Notes: generated from the sequence alone by a model not told the origin. A stretch of DNA of 64,000 nt from a bacterium (GCA_965200245.1 CBDATS010000008.1:256001-320000), one strand, 5' to 3'. Shown: positions 34,579 to 46,068, counted from the stretch's first letter. Numbers and translations: made by a program.

Positions 34579-35451
34579 TGTCTGTACAGGGAATGGCGAG
34601 CTTCGGGTATCCCCGAACGCTCGGGTACATATCGGGAATCTGTTTCGGATTTCCTGTCATGACGGGTGCCATGGAACTCGGCCTCGGTGGATTGTTCTAT
34701 GCTTTGCCCGATGTCCATGTCATCCCCTGGTATCTCGGTTACGTCTGTATCCCCTGAATGGCGCGGAAGATCGCTGTCGCCGACGGAATGGACGCAACAG
34801 GCGAAAACCGGGCAAGCCGTTTACCTTCCTTCTCGTGGTGTCATTCATCCTGGTTTTTCTCGGCCGGGACACCTTGAGCGGGTTGTCCTGGAAAGGAGTA
34901 ACGCGAAAGAGCAATCCTTACAACATCCAACTCTCCGGTAAGGGGATTCTCATCTTGCGCCCCGTTGGTGTCCGTTTTTCCGACTACAATCAGTGGCAAG
35001 TCGAAGCCGCCGGACAGCGTCGGAAGAAACGGGGAAAGGCAGTGTCGGCATATGGGTTTCTAGGCCTTATTGCCGCCTACGTTGGCCTGGGACTCATCTG
35101 TTACGGTATCTGCGTCACGGCGAAGGGTGCAGAAATACGCCTCGGTGGACTCAGAGCGCAAACACGCCGGGACGATGACCGAACCAGATTACAGGCACAA
35201 TGAGTTAATGGTCGAATCCGATTGCAAGCACACCGGATCGGTAGCAGCCCTGCGTGAAATCATCAAGCGCACCAAATCGCCGCGATTAGCCGGCCCGGTT
35301 TTCGTCCCTGAAAGACATTCACTCTCTCAATTGAAATCGGGACCAGTTTTCTGCAGCGTCCGCTGCATTTTTCATCGCTTTGTTGTATACTATTACACTT
35401 ACTCATTGAACATGCGCTGGCCACAATCTCGCCAACCGATGGAAGACAGCC

Positions 35452-36419
35452 ATGGCGCAAGAGGCTCACGCATCAAGAGAAGCTGCCACTCCTCAAGGGC
35501 GGCAATCGGCTTATAACGTACTGGTTCGCTTCGGCCCAGTCATCGGGCTCGCGTTCCTGTGTCTTGTTCTCTCCGTTACGTCCGAAGCCTTCCTGAACCC
35601 GGCGAACTTGATCAATGTCGCTCGCCAAGTCTCCATCAACGCCATCATCGCTGCTGGCATGACGTTCGTCATGATCTCGGGCGGGTTCGACCTATCGGTT
35701 GGCTCCGTCATGGCACTCTCGGGCGTGGTGGGCATCATGGCGATGAATGCCTTCGGTGACGCGGCGGGAATCCTGATCATGTTGGCCGTTGCCCTTTCCT
35801 GTGGCCTTTGGAACGGTCTGCTCGTCGCCTTCGCGCGCATCAACGCCTTTGTGGCCACGCTTGCCGGGATGACCATCTACCACGGCATCGCGCTCGTGGT
35901 GACAGACTCGTTTCCTGTCACGCGCTTCGGGGGCTGGTACCGCAACTTCGGCTAGGGGCACCTCTTCGGGCTGCCGATTCCGATCTACGTTCTCATCATC
36001 GTCTATGTCGTCGCCCACATCGTGCTGACGCGCCGTCGGTCTACGCCGTGGGCGGGAACGAGGAGGCCGCCCGCCTCTCGGGCATCAACGTGGAGCGCAT
36101 CCGCACGTCGGTATTCACCATATGCGGCTTCGGCGTGGGTATCGCCTCGCTTCTGATCATCGGGCGGTTGCAGTCCGCGCAGGCGAACATGGGCATTCAG
36201 GCTGAACTTGACGCCATCGCTGCTGTCGTCATCGGCGGTACGAGCCTCGCAGGTGGGGAGGGGCGTGTATTCGGAACCCTTGCGGGCGCCTTCACCATCG
36301 GGGTTTTAAACAACGGTCTGAACCTACATGACATCAGTGCACACTGGCAGCTTGTGGCCAAGGGCGTCGTCATTGCGCTCGCCGTTATCATTGATCGCCA
36401 ACTCGTGCACAGACAGTGA
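35452..36419 (+). pseudogene. Ribose-type sugar ABC permease (RbsC-like), disrupted
   Basis: GGFDLSVGS and LDAIAAVVIGG motifs are present. In-frame TAG at 35953-35955 and a frameshifting deletion near 36030-36040 (HIVLTR../SVYAVGGN). Confidence 0.85.
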
Positions 36420-36423
36420 GCAG

Positions 36424-37929
36424 ATGTCGGCGATGTTAACGATGGAAGGAATATCCAAGGCATTTCTGGGTGTCCAGGTGCTCTCGAAAGTCGATTTCGA
36501 GGTCATGCACGGCGAGGTGCACGCCTTGATCGGAGAAAACGGAGCGGGCAAGTCCACACTCATCAAGATACTCGCGGGTGTCCACCGGAGCGATGCAGGA
36601 ACGATACGCTTCGAGGGAAACGACTATAACGCCACCAATCCACATGAAGCGCTGGCGATGGGTGTAGCCGTCATCTACCAGGAATTGAACCTCGTCCAGA
36701 AGCTTACGGTGGCACAGAACATCTTCCTGGGCCATGAGCCCCTGCGACGTGCGGGTTTCGTCGCCACCCGTGAGATGAACTTGCGCGCCGGAGAAATCCT
36801 GAAAAAACTTGGTATCTCGATCGACCCGCGCACCCAGGTTGAGGAACTAGGTGTCGCCCAGAAGCAGATGGTAGAAATCGCAAAGGCGCTCTCTCGCGCT
36901 TCGCGCATCCTCGTGATGGACGAACCCACCGCTCCCCTCACGCAGAGCGAGATCGAGGTTCTCTTCCGCGTCATTGCAGGCTTGAAAGAAGAGGGAATGG
37001 GAATCATCTACATCTCGCACCGCCTTGATGAGGTTTTCCAGATTGCCGATCGCGTCACAGTGCTGCGCGACGGTGAGCGGGTGCATTCGAGTGAAGTACC
37101 CGAGACGCGGATCGACGAACTCGTCCTTGCGATGGTGGGTCGTCGCCTCGCCGAGGTGGAACCCCCACTTGATGTTCCTGAAGATGCGCCCGTGGTGCTC
37201 GAAGCGGATGATCTGGCTGATGGGAGGGTGGTGCAGGGCATCTCTCTGCAGGTGAGGGCGGGCGAGGTGGTTGGCCTGGCGGGACTCATCGGCTCGGGGC
37301 GCAGCGAGTTCGCGCACCTGCTCTTTGGTTCGGCAGCAGCAAGGGGTGGCGAGACACGCTTGTCGGGCAAGATGCTGAGTGGTGGCATCCCCCAGCGGAT
37401 CGCCGACGGTGTCGGCATGGTGCCTGAAGATCGGAAGCTCCAGGGGCTCGTGATGCAACTCCTCGTCAAGGAGAACAGCACGCTCGCCACGCTCGATAAG
37501 TACACGAACGGCGGATTTGTCCGACGCCTGGCTCACGAATCCCGCGTGCGAGAGATCATCGCGGAACTTCGCATCGCAACACGTGGGCCACGCCAGCCCG
37601 TCAAAATGCTGAGCGGGGGCAACCAGCAGAAAGTCATCCTCTCGCGCTGGATGGATACCGGCGCCCGCGCGCTCATCTTCGACGAACCCACGCGCGGAGT
37701 GGATGTGGGTGCCAAGGCGGAAATCTACGCCCTCATCCGGGAGTTGCAAAAACGTGGCGTCGCCATACTGATGATCAGTTCGGACCTGCCCGAGGTGCTG
37801 CGGATCAGCAACCGGGTCATTGTCATCAGGAACGGGCGCGTCGCGGGGGAACTTTCCCGCGATGAAGCCACTCAAGAGAACGTTTTGCGGCTCATGATGG
37901 GAGCCGCCGTATCGGGCAGAAGAGTCTAA
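36424..37929 (+). CDS. Sugar ABC transporter ATP-binding protein (RbsA-like, two ABC domains)
   Basis: Motifs GENGAGKST, MDEPT, LSGGNQQK and DEPTRGVDVGAK. Confidence 0.93.
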   Translation: MSAMLTMEGISKAFLGVQVLSKVDFEVMHGEVHALIGENGAGKSTLIKILAGVHRSDAGTIRFEGNDYNATNPHEALAMGVAVIYQELNLVQKLTVAQNIFLGHEPLRRAGFVATREMNLRAGEILKKLGISIDPRTQVEELGVAQKQMVEIAKALSRASRILVMDEPTAPLTQSEIEVLFRVIAGLKEEGMGIIYISHRLDEVFQIADRVTVLRDGERVHSSEVPETRIDELVLAMVGRRLAEVEPPLDVPEDAPVVLEADDLADGRVVQGISLQVRAGEVVGLAGLIGSGRSEFAHLLFGSAAARGGETRLSGKMLSGGIPQRIADGVGMVPEDRKLQGLVMQLLVKENSTLATLDKYTNGGFVRRLAHESRVREIIAELRIATRGPRQPVKMLSGGNQQKVILSRWMDTGARALIFDEPTRGVDVGAKAEIYALIRELQKRGVAILMISSDLPEVLRISNRVIVIRNGRVAGELSRDEATQENVLRLMMGAAVSGRRV

Positions 37930-37961
37930 ATGTAAAACCCTAACCAATGGAGGAACAAGCC

Positions 37962-38867
37962 ATGAAAAGAACTCTAGCTGTTCTTGCCCTCGGAATCGCA
38001 CTGGTAGTCGCGGGGGTGACGCCGGCTCAGGCAGCGATGAAGAAGCTCCGGTTCGGGGCGTCCTTCTCGGGCCTTCACCATCCCGCATACGCCACCGTGG
38101 CCAAGCATATGCGTTCGGAGGCGAAGAAACACGGCGTCAACATCATCATTACCGACAGCCAGGACAAGCTCGCCAAGCAAATCAACGATCTCGAGGACAT
38201 GATCACCAAGGGCTTGGATGTACTCTTCGTGAACACGGTTTCGAAAGGAACCGAACCCACTCTCAGAAAAGCTGCGGCCAAGGGCATCAAGGTCGTCGCT
38301 GTCCAGCGTTGGAACAGCGACCCCGCCGTGGTCCACTTCGTCGGTACGGACAACAAGGAAATGGGTCGCATTGGTGCCGAGTGGGTCGTCAAGCAAATGA
38401 AGGGCAAGGGGAACCTCGTTGTGATGTCGGGCATCCCCGGAGCCGCCTCATCGGATGATCGCAAGACGGGTTCGGACGCCGTGTGGGCGAAGCACAAGGG
38501 CATCAAGGTCGTTGCCCACCAGACGGGCATGTACAACCGCGTCAAGGCACTTGAGGTAATGGAGAACATTCTCCAGAAAAACAAGAAGATCGATTGGGTG
38601 TTTTGCTACAATGACTCGATGGCGATGGGTGTTCTCGGCGCCATCCGCGCCGCGGGCCGCAAGGGCATCAACGTCTTCGGTATGGATGCCATCAAGGACG
38701 CGGTGCAGGCCATCAAACGCGGTGAGATGACAGCCACCCTCGCGATTCCCTTTGATGAGGAAGGACGCGTTGCGGTGCGAAACGGCATCAAGTTGGCCAA
38801 GGGCGAGAAACTGGCCAAGTCTCATGTTATCCAGGCCTTCGTGATGACGAAGGGCAACGCGCCTTAA
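37962..38867 (+). CDS. Sugar ABC substrate-binding protein (RbsB-like)
   Basis: Signal peptide, VGTDN..G, NDSMAMG and G.D motifs. Confidence 0.9.
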   Translation: MKRTLAVLALGIALVVAGVTPAQAAMKKLRFGASFSGLHHPAYATVAKHMRSEAKKHGVNIIITDSQDKLAKQINDLEDMITKGLDVLFVNTVSKGTEPTLRKAAAKGIKVVAVQRWNSDPAVVHFVGTDNKEMGRIGAEWVVKQMKGKGNLVVMSGIPGAASSDDRKTGSDAVWAKHKGIKVVAHQTGMYNRVKALEVMENILQKNKKIDWVFCYNDSMAMGVLGAIRAAGRKGINVFGMDAIKDAVQAIKRGEMTATLAIPFDEEGRVAVRNGIKLAKGEKLAKSHVIQAFVMTKGNAP

Positions 38868-38897
38868 AGCCTCAATTCACGCAGTCAACCGTAGCCG

Positions 38898-38937
38898 AAA
38901 ACCGGCGGTCGGCTTGTTCTGCCGGCCGCCGGTTTTT
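38898..38937 (+). terminator. Rho-independent terminator
   Basis: AAAACCGGCGGTCGGC-loop-GCCGGCCGCCGGTTTTT. Confidence 0.85.
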
Positions 38938-39054
38938 GTATCGATGCAAGCAGGCAGGCATCGACTTCCATAAGAGAAATAAGGATTGTGTGGTAGAACG
39001 CAGGGACAGGTCGCGTGCCCCCTGCAGGGTTCCGGAATTTTTTCAAATGAATGG

Positions 39055-39297
39055 ATGAGAGAGGTAGTGGATCAAACAGATGTGAACCAGTACCTCTGTA
39101 TGTTTCGTCGGGAGCAGCCCAAGTATCCTTCCCGCAAGGCGCGAACTACCCTGCTATTCGACACCTGTACCGGCGATTTTAAGGTAGCATCCGCACACAA
39201 GGAGGATTATCTTACAGGGAAGGGTATATTACAGGTGGCGAATGTCACCACGCGACAGGAAGCGCATCTTCCCTGGCTGGTTGTGGGAATCGAGTGA
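39055..39297 (+). CDS. Small hypothetical protein
   Basis: Open frame filling the gap before the DUF309 gene, with a GAGAGG RBS-like sequence before an internal GTG. No recognisable family. Confidence 0.35.
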   Translation: MREVVDQTDVNQYLCMFRREQPKYPSRKARTTLLFDTCTGDFKVASAHKEDYLTGKGILQVANVTTRQEAHLPWLVVGIE

Positions 39298-39331
39298 GAC
39301 GAGAGAAGCCACCTTACGTGGAGGGTAGACG

Positions 39332-39760
39332 TTGTTCCCAATTCCCTGGGATGCACGCAGCGACGCGGGCGTTTTCCTGTTCAACCAGGGGGAATACTGG
39401 TACGCGCACGAGGCGTGGGAGGGAATATGGATGAACGCGGAGCCAGTGCCCAAAAAATTCTACCAAGGCCTCATCCAACTCGCCGCGGGCTACGTGAAAC
39501 TCCAGCAACGTCACTACAAGGGAGCACTCGCCAACTTGAAGAAAGGCCTCGAGCGATTCCGCGAAGTCGATGAGGCTGTGGGCGATCTCGACGTACCGAT
39601 TCTTTACAAGAAACTCGTGAACCAATCGCGCGGAGTGCGCGTGAGCCTGATCGATCAGGGAGAGATGCGCGTACTCGCCCACGCTTGGGATTTATGGCCG
39701 AAAATCGAATACGTCGCCGACGCGCAACGCAATTCGGTTTCCCACTCGCCGCTGGCCTGA
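39332..39760 (+). CDS. DUF309-family protein
   Basis: LFNQGEYWYAHEAWEGIW...YQGLIQLA signature. Confidence 0.88.
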   Translation: MFPIPWDARSDAGVFLFNQGEYWYAHEAWEGIWMNAEPVPKKFYQGLIQLAAGYVKLQQRHYKGALANLKKGLERFREVDEAVGDLDVPILYKKLVNQSRGVRVSLIDQGEMRVLAHAWDLWPKIEYVADAQRNSVSHSPLA

Positions 39761-39769
39761 GGATGAGAG

Positions 39770-40324
39770 ATGAAACGTCTTGTTTTTTGCATTACCATGC
39801 TGGTTTTTCTGGGCGGATGCGGGGGTTTTGAGCTGAGCGACTCCCCGTTCCAGCGAATCACCCGCACCCAACAGAAGGATAGTTATCTGGTGGCCGTTCA
39901 GGCCAGGTTGGTTCCCACTTACTGGCATGTGTTCTCCCCATTCAGTCCCGAGGAGGCCGAAGTGCGTGAAGCCGCCTGCAAGGGATTGTCGTTCGCTCCC
40001 CGGTTCCGCTGCGTTCGGACGAACAAGGTCGGTGCTCTTCTGGAGAAACCCGACTATGTCGTCCAAATCGAGTACGATGTAGTTGAAACGAAACACTTCT
40101 TCCGAAGCCGATATTTTCGAAGCGTGCTCGTGAATGACTCCCGGGGTGATAGGGATGTTGAAGGAGACGACGTAGGTGATGCCAACTACGAGGTGCGCTG
40201 GGGTTTTCGGGTGATAAAGGCCAGCGGGTCCAAGCCGGTGTTCCAGAGTATTTTCCGCGAAGAAAGCCTCGATACTTGGAGTTTCGACGTCGAGCAGTGG
40301 ATGGAACGCTATTTTTCGGAGTGA
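39770..40324 (+). CDS. Hypothetical lipoprotein
   Basis: MKR plus a hydrophobic stretch and lipobox LGGC. RBS GAGG. Confidence 0.7.
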   Translation: MKRLVFCITMLVFLGGCGGFELSDSPFQRITRTQQKDSYLVAVQARLVPTYWHVFSPFSPEEAEVREAACKGLSFAPRFRCVRTNKVGALLEKPDYVVQIEYDVVETKHFFRSRYFRSVLVNDSRGDRDVEGDDVGDANYEVRWGFRVIKASGSKPVFQSIFREESLDTWSFDVEQWMERYFSE

Positions 40325-40865
40325 ATCTGCATCAGACGGTTCTGGATTATCCGTGGAGGATTGATCCTCTCGGGCGAGTCGGTGGTCGGACGTATTTCCG
40401 GCCTACCTTGGCCCGTTAGGGCGCATCATCTGGCAACTGGAATGAAGGCGGGCCGCTTGAGGTGCTCACCGCTTTTCCTCGCGCATGACGGCGCTGGGCA
40501 ACGCCGTGTAGGCGTGCGGAATAACCCTCTCCTTGTTCTTGCGTGCCTTCGGCAAACACGCACTCTGGTCGGGCAGCATGTGATCTCACGAAGATAGAAA
40601 CGCCCCCGCCCATGGACCCACGCGGGACGCGTATTTCCCCGCATTTGTGATTGCCGGTTTTTTACGACTCGGGCGAGAATCCTTCGCGCGAAATTCCTGA
40701 AAATTGTCAATCTACGAATCGCTGCTCACCCCGTTATAACCACGGCACGAACGATCAGGTTCGTCAGTAGTTCCACTTGTATACGCTGGAGTTCAGATGA
40801 GCCGGTTTCGTATTCATCACAAATTGAAAAAGACGGGTTAAAAACGAGACTCAAAATGAAGGCTG

Positions 40866-41870
40866 TCAAGTTGGTTTAGTCAGGACGTTCACCGGATATC
40901 GGGGTTTCTTCCCGCTCAGGACACGGGCGATGTCCTCTCCCGCCCAAGTGGCGATAGTTTCCAGGCATTCGTGCGTGGAACCCGCCATGTGCGGCGTGAG
41001 AATGAGGTTGGGCGCGTCGAATATGGCACTTTCGGGATCGGGCGGTTCGCCTTCAAGGACATCAAGGGACGCCCCGCCGATTTGGCCGCTCATAAGCGCG
41101 CGCGCAAGAGCCTTCTCATCCACCAGCGGGCCTCTCGCTGCATTCACGAGGAACACGCCTTTTTTCATTCTTGAGATTGCAGCCCTATCGATCAGGTGGT
41201 AGGTCTTCGGTGTACTCGGCGCGTGAAGAGAGATGAAATCGGCCTGGCCCAGCAGGGTTTCGAACCGCGCGGGTCTTGCGCCTCGCGCCCGAATATCTTC
41301 ACTTTTTAGGCCTGGATCATGGGCCAGAACCTTCATGCCCAAAGCGGTTGCCATTTTCGTGAGCCTGCTCCCCACCTGTCCGATGCCAATGAGCCCCAAC
41401 GTCTTTCCGTTGAGTTCCATCCCCGTGTGGCGCGCTTCGCCCCATACACGCTCCGCTCCCACATAGGAGGCCACTTGGGGAATTCGTCTGGCGAGTGAGA
41501 GAATCAGCCCCAACGTAAGCTCGGCCACAGCGTTCGCGTTGGCACCCGGCGTGTTGGTGACGAGTACGTTATGCTCCGTGCAAGCTACCACATCCACCTG
41601 ATCCACGCCTGCACCATGCACGGCCACCATGCGCAAATCTGGCAGTAGAGCGAGCAGGGATGCGGTGATGTAGCCCGGGCGCAACAGAATCGCCTCTGCA
41701 CTCCGGAGTTTCTCCGAGAAGATGGTTTCTTCCTGTTCACTCAGAGGTCTGAAGGGTAGTGCCACGGCTCGAACGGGCGCTACGCCCGCCAACGCCTTTT
41801 TCACGGGATCCATGATTACAGGAAAATCAGATGTAGAAGTAACAGCGACCCACCGTTTTCTTGAAGACAT
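40866..41870 (-). CDS. D-isomer-specific 2-hydroxyacid dehydrogenase (SerA-like catalytic core)
   Basis: Motifs GAGVD, NTPGAN..AVAE, GIGQVG, NAARG and TPHMAG. Confidence 0.92.
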   Translation of the reverse strand: MSSRKRWVAVTSTSDFPVIMDPVKKALAGVAPVRAVALPFRPLSEQEETIFSEKLRSAEAILLRPGYITASLLALLPDLRMVAVHGAGVDQVDVVACTEHNVLVTNTPGANANAVAELTLGLILSLARRIPQVASYVGAERVWGEARHTGMELNGKTLGLIGIGQVGSRLTKMATALGMKVLAHDPGLKSEDIRARGARPARFETLLGQADFISLHAPSTPKTYHLIDRAAISRMKKGVFLVNAARGPLVDEKALARALMSGQIGGASLDVLEGEPPDPESAIFDAPNLILTPHMAGSTHECLETIATWAGEDIARVLSGKKPRYPVNVLTKPT

Positions 41871-41878
41871 GGAATGAA

Positions 41879-43540
41879 CTACATGTCGACGACGGTGAAA
41901 TCGCCGTCATAATTGTATTTGGCTCTTGCTTTTTGAATGGAAAGCAAACCTTCCTGTAAATCGCGCTCAATGGCGTAAAAGGAACGATCCTTCGGGTCGC
42001 CGTAGCCTCCTCCACTCGGTACTTCCAGAACGAGTCTGTCGCTTTGATTCATTACCCATTGGCGCTTGGGATTTATGGGACGACCGTTCAGGGTCACCTT
42101 TCCAACACGTCCGTTGTTCCCGCCGAACAACCCGTAGGCGGGGTGCCGTGTACGCTCGCTCATGAACGTAAGGAGGATCGGCCCGTCGGAGAGCGATTTC
42201 ACGATTACCTGCTGGCCGTTGCCGCCGGCGTATTTGCCTGCGCCGCCACTGTCTCTGATAGATGCTTTCCGCTCTACCAGCAACGGCACGAGGTGCTCCA
42301 GGATTTCAATGGGCGTGTTCGACGTGTTCGAGGGGAAATCAAGGCATACGCGCCCATCGTGCCTGTCCGTCGCGCCCTGCCCTCCATGCAGGAAGAAATT
42401 GCCCGCAAAGTGCCGGTTCTCTTTCGTGATGCCCGCCGCATTGATAGCCCACGTGGGGCTCCCGCTGGCAGCTTGCACGAGATTGGGAACCGCCTTGCAC
42501 AGGGCGCCAAAAATGGCCGAGGGGATGAAGTGTCCCACCATGGAGCGACCGTTCACCGGGGCCGGATAGCGCGCATTGAGTATGCTTCCTTCAGGAGCAG
42601 ATACCGTCACGGGCCGGAAGTTTCCCTCGTTGTTGGGAATTTGTGGGCAGAACAGGCACTTGAGCGAATAGGCGGAGTAAGAATAGACGTAACTCAGCAC
42701 GGCGTTTAGGCCCCGGTCAACCTGTGGGGAAGAACCTGTATAGTCCACCAGGATGCTGCTGCCGCGAACCTTCACCTCCACGCGGATAACGAGCGGCTCG
42801 TCGTACCCATCTGTGGAAACCTGGAAACGGTATTCTCCGTCTTCGACTTTCTTGATGGCTTCGCGCATGGCGTTTTCGGAACGCTGGAAGATAGTGGTGG
42901 CGGATGCCTCAAGGTCGGCGAGTTTGTATTCTTCCAGAATCTCGCCGATGCGTTGGGCGGCGAGCCTGCTGGCGGACATGTGGGAGATCAGGTCTCCTTC
43001 CACCTGATTCGGAACGCGCACGTTTTTTCTGATAATTCGCAGAATGTCTGCGTTGATCTGGCCACCAGACATGTATTTGCAGGGCGGGAGCTGGAGTCCT
43101 TCTTCGTATATCTCGCGTACCTCGGGCGACCTCAGTTTCCCTCCCATGTCCGTCACCTGGGTGGTGATTCCGATGAGGGCGACAAGCTTCGATTTGTAGA
43201 AAACCGGTGTGAGGGAAGTGAGATCCTGAAGATGGCCAGTTCCCATCCAGGGGTCGTTTGTAAGGATGAGGTCATCTTGCTTGAGGGTTTCCTGCGGGAA
43301 AATCTGCAGGAGTTTCTTGGCCGTGATTGGTAATGCGCCGACGAAGCTAGGCATGGTGGACCTGGCTTGAGCGATGGACTGTCCACCAGGGTTCAAAATG
43401 ACAACAGCGAAATTCCTCGATTCACGTATCGTGGTGGAAAATGCGGTGCGCACGATCTCAGTAGCCGCTTCCTCGGCGATGGCGACGAAGCGGTTCCAGA
43501 GGACTTCCAAAGTAATCGAATCGATACCCTTGCGGGCCAT
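41879..43540 (-). CDS. Hydantoinase B/oxoprolinase family subunit
   Basis: Motifs RTAFS..IRE, NDPW..GH..D, EEGL, NEG and GGGYGDP. RBS AGGAG precedes ATG 43540. Confidence 0.92.
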   Translation of the reverse strand: MARKGIDSITLEVLWNRFVAIAEEAATEIVRTAFSTTIRESRNFAVVILNPGGQSIAQARSTMPSFVGALPITAKKLLQIFPQETLKQDDLILTNDPWMGTGHLQDLTSLTPVFYKSKLVALIGITTQVTDMGGKLRSPEVREIYEEGLQLPPCKYMSGGQINADILRIIRKNVRVPNQVEGDLISHMSASRLAAQRIGEILEEYKLADLEASATTIFQRSENAMREAIKKVEDGEYRFQVSTDGYDEPLVIRVEVKVRGSSILVDYTGSSPQVDRGLNAVLSYVYSYSAYSLKCLFCPQIPNNEGNFRPVTVSAPEGSILNARYPAPVNGRSMVGHFIPSAIFGALCKAVPNLVQAASGSPTWAINAAGITKENRHFAGNFFLHGGQGATDRHDGRVCLDFPSNTSNTPIEILEHLVPLLVERKASIRDSGGAGKYAGGNGQQVIVKSLSDGPILLTFMSERTRHPAYGLFGGNNGRVGKVTLNGRPINPKRQWVMNQSDRLVLEVPSGGGYGDPKDRSFYAIERDLQEGLLSIQKARAKYNYDGDFTVVDM

Positions 43541-43553
43541 ATCGGAAATTCTC

Positions 43554-45653
43554 CTAGAGTTCGATGATAAGATTCTGGAATTTGTCGACCTGGAAGTTCG
43601 AGCGCGGGCCAATGACAGTCGTTGTCATTTTTTCCTCTACCAGCGCGGGTCCCTTGAGCTTCTGGCCGGGTTTCAGCAGATAGCGATCGAAGATATTCAC
43701 CTTTCGGAAGCCCTTATTCTCCGGCATATAGATACGTCGGTTACCTTTCAAGGCGTTTTTGCCGCCATTTTCAGATAAATTCGAGAAATCGAAATTCACG
43801 TTGGGTTCCGGTCCCATACCGAAAATTCTCCAACCAAACACCTGGAGCGGCACTTCGTCGATGGCACGCCCATGGGCTGAGGCGTAGTGTTCGCGGTAGG
43901 TTTCGATGATTTCCCCGAAATGGCTTCGTGTCAGTTTTCCGCTCGGGATTGGAATGGTGAGCGGGAAGCCTTGGCCCTCGAAACTGATGTCTGCCATACG
44001 CTGGATACGGATTTGGCGTTCTTTCACGCCCGCGGTGGTGAGTACTTGACGAAGCCGCTTTTCCCGCCGGGTAAGTGTTTCGTTAAGTTTGGCGAGGTTC
44101 ACGTCTTCGAGAGCTATTACATGGCTGTCCACGGTGTCGACCTTGAAGGGGACGGTATGGAGTCCCAAGCTGGAAGCCAAGCCTGCGCCCGGCGGGCAGA
44201 CAATGCGCTTGAGCCCCACCTTGCGCGCGAGCCTGAAGGCATGGACCGGACCCGCGCCGCCGGTAGCCAAAAGTGTGAAGTGGCGCGGGTCCTTACCGCG
44301 TTCGGATAGCTTGATGCGCGCGGCGGCGGCCATGGTTTCATTCACCAGTTCATGAATACCCCAAGCCGCCTGGATTTCTTCGATTTTCATCGGGTCAGCG
44401 ATTTTGGTGCGGATGGCTTCGGATGCTGCTTCGGGGAAGACGGGCATTTCCCCGCCCAGGAAATAATCGGGATTGATGTAGCCAAGCAATAGATTCGCGT
44501 CTGTCACCGTAGGTTTTTCTCCGCCCAGTCCATAGCATGCGGGACCTGGAGAGGCTCCCTGGCTCTCGGGACCGACCTTGAGTAGTCCCAAGTCGTCGAT
44601 TCGCGCGATGCTTCCTCCGCCGGCGCCGACCTCGATGAGATCGATGCACGGCACCTGGATGGGCATGCCGCTGCCTTTCGTGAAGCGTTTCACGCGTGCA
44701 ATCTCGAATTGCACGGAGAGGTGGGGTTCCCCATTTTCGATGATGCAGGATTTGGCGGTGGTTCCGCCCATGTCGAAGGCGAGAAGATTCTCGAATCCGC
44801 CGAGTTTCCCGAAATAGGCTGAGGAGAGTGCTCCCGCCGCTGGCCCCGACTCGAACATGCGTATAGGGCTGCGCCCGGCGGATTGCGCTGTGGTGATTCC
44901 ACCGTTCGATAGCATGATGTAGAGCGAGACGTTCTCAAGGTTGACCTCGAGGTCTTCGAGATACTTCGACACAATTGGCTGAATGTAAGCGTTTGCCACC
45001 GTGGTGGAGGTTCTCTCGTACTCCCTGATCTCGGGACAAACCTGCGAGGAGAGGCTGAAGCTAACTTCCGGGAACGATTGCGCTATGGCTTCTCCGACTT
45101 CGGTCTCATGGGCCGGATTAGCGTAGGAGTGCAAGAGGCAAACCGCAATAGATTCCGCCCCTTTTTCGACGAGTTCCTGAATTGTAACCCGGACCTCCTG
45201 GGTGCTCAAAGGCTGGAGAATCTCCCCATTCGCGGAAATCCGTTCTGTTAATTCGCGGCGAAAGGGTCCAGAAACGAGAGGTTCCGGAAATTCAGGCACG
45301 ATGTCGTAGATATCGTACCTTGACTCACGACCTATCAACAGGATATCGGCGAACCCTTTTGTAGAGAGAAGGCCTGTGAAGGCTCCTTTTTTCTCGATGA
45401 TGGCATTAGTAGCGAGGGTGGTTGCGTGAATCGCCTGCCCAAGATCGCGGAACTTGAGATTTTCCTCGTCGAGCAGCGTGCGCAGGCCGGCAAGTGCACC
45501 GATGGATGGGTCGTTCGGTGTCGTGAGATACTTGCCCACCGAGGTCTTTCCGTTTGAAGGATTGTAGACCGCGATGTCGGTGAACGTACCCCCGATATCG
45601 ATAGCGGCAACAATTCTTCTTCTGGCTGTAGGGGATGATGCGGATTTGGCCAT
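43554..45653 (-). CDS. Hydantoinase A/oxoprolinase family subunit
   Basis: Motifs DIGGTFTD, ESGPAAG, DMGGTT, GAGGGS and GGAGP.HA. Confidence 0.93.
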   Translation of the reverse strand: MAKSASSPTARRRIVAAIDIGGTFTDIAVYNPSNGKTSVGKYLTTPNDPSIGALAGLRTLLDEENLKFRDLGQAIHATTLATNAIIEKKGAFTGLLSTKGFADILLIGRESRYDIYDIVPEFPEPLVSGPFRRELTERISANGEILQPLSTQEVRVTIQELVEKGAESIAVCLLHSYANPAHETEVGEAIAQSFPEVSFSLSSQVCPEIREYERTSTTVANAYIQPIVSKYLEDLEVNLENVSLYIMLSNGGITTAQSAGRSPIRMFESGPAAGALSSAYFGKLGGFENLLAFDMGGTTAKSCIIENGEPHLSVQFEIARVKRFTKGSGMPIQVPCIDLIEVGAGGGSIARIDDLGLLKVGPESQGASPGPACYGLGGEKPTVTDANLLLGYINPDYFLGGEMPVFPEAASEAIRTKIADPMKIEEIQAAWGIHELVNETMAAAARIKLSERGKDPRHFTLLATGGAGPVHAFRLARKVGLKRIVCPPGAGLASSLGLHTVPFKVDTVDSHVIALEDVNLAKLNETLTRREKRLRQVLTTAGVKERQIRIQRMADISFEGQGFPLTIPIPSGKLTRSHFGEIIETYREHYASAHGRAIDEVPLQVFGWRIFGMGPEPNVNFDFSNLSENGGKNALKGNRRIYMPENKGFRKVNIFDRYLLKPGQKLKGPALVEEKMTTTVIGPRSNFQVDKFQNLIIEL

Positions 45654-46068
45654 TGCTAGGCTATGAGAGAGCCTCTTGTATGAGGGTAATCAGTTAGAAA
45701 CGGCACCTTGTTATTCAGCATGATTCTTTGCAACTCAAATTCTACAACCTGCGAAAGTTAGATAAAAACAAGTGTTTTGTCAATTTTAATTTGGAATATG
45801 CAGGATAAGATGTTGAAATATAACGTGTTGTTCCTGTTTTTCTGGGGAGGGATGGTAATGAAAATTATAAAACAATACCGGAGTTGAACCATTAAATCAT
45901 TGATTTATTTATTGTTATTAACTCAAGAGCACTTCACTTGGTCTCTAACCAACAGTGTCGGGGGACAGGATCGGTTGCGTTCTTCGATGAATGATGACTG
46001 TTTGCCTATAAGACCCGAATATCCATAGGATAGGGTGTTTTCATGAATCAAGACTGAGGATTTTTCTA

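Noticed and set aside
34755-34757. TGA after YVCIP as another Sec codon
   Set aside because: The context is hydrophobic and fragmentary, the downstream frame is not coherent and no convincing hairpin was seen; a TGG->TGA lesion or chance is more likely.
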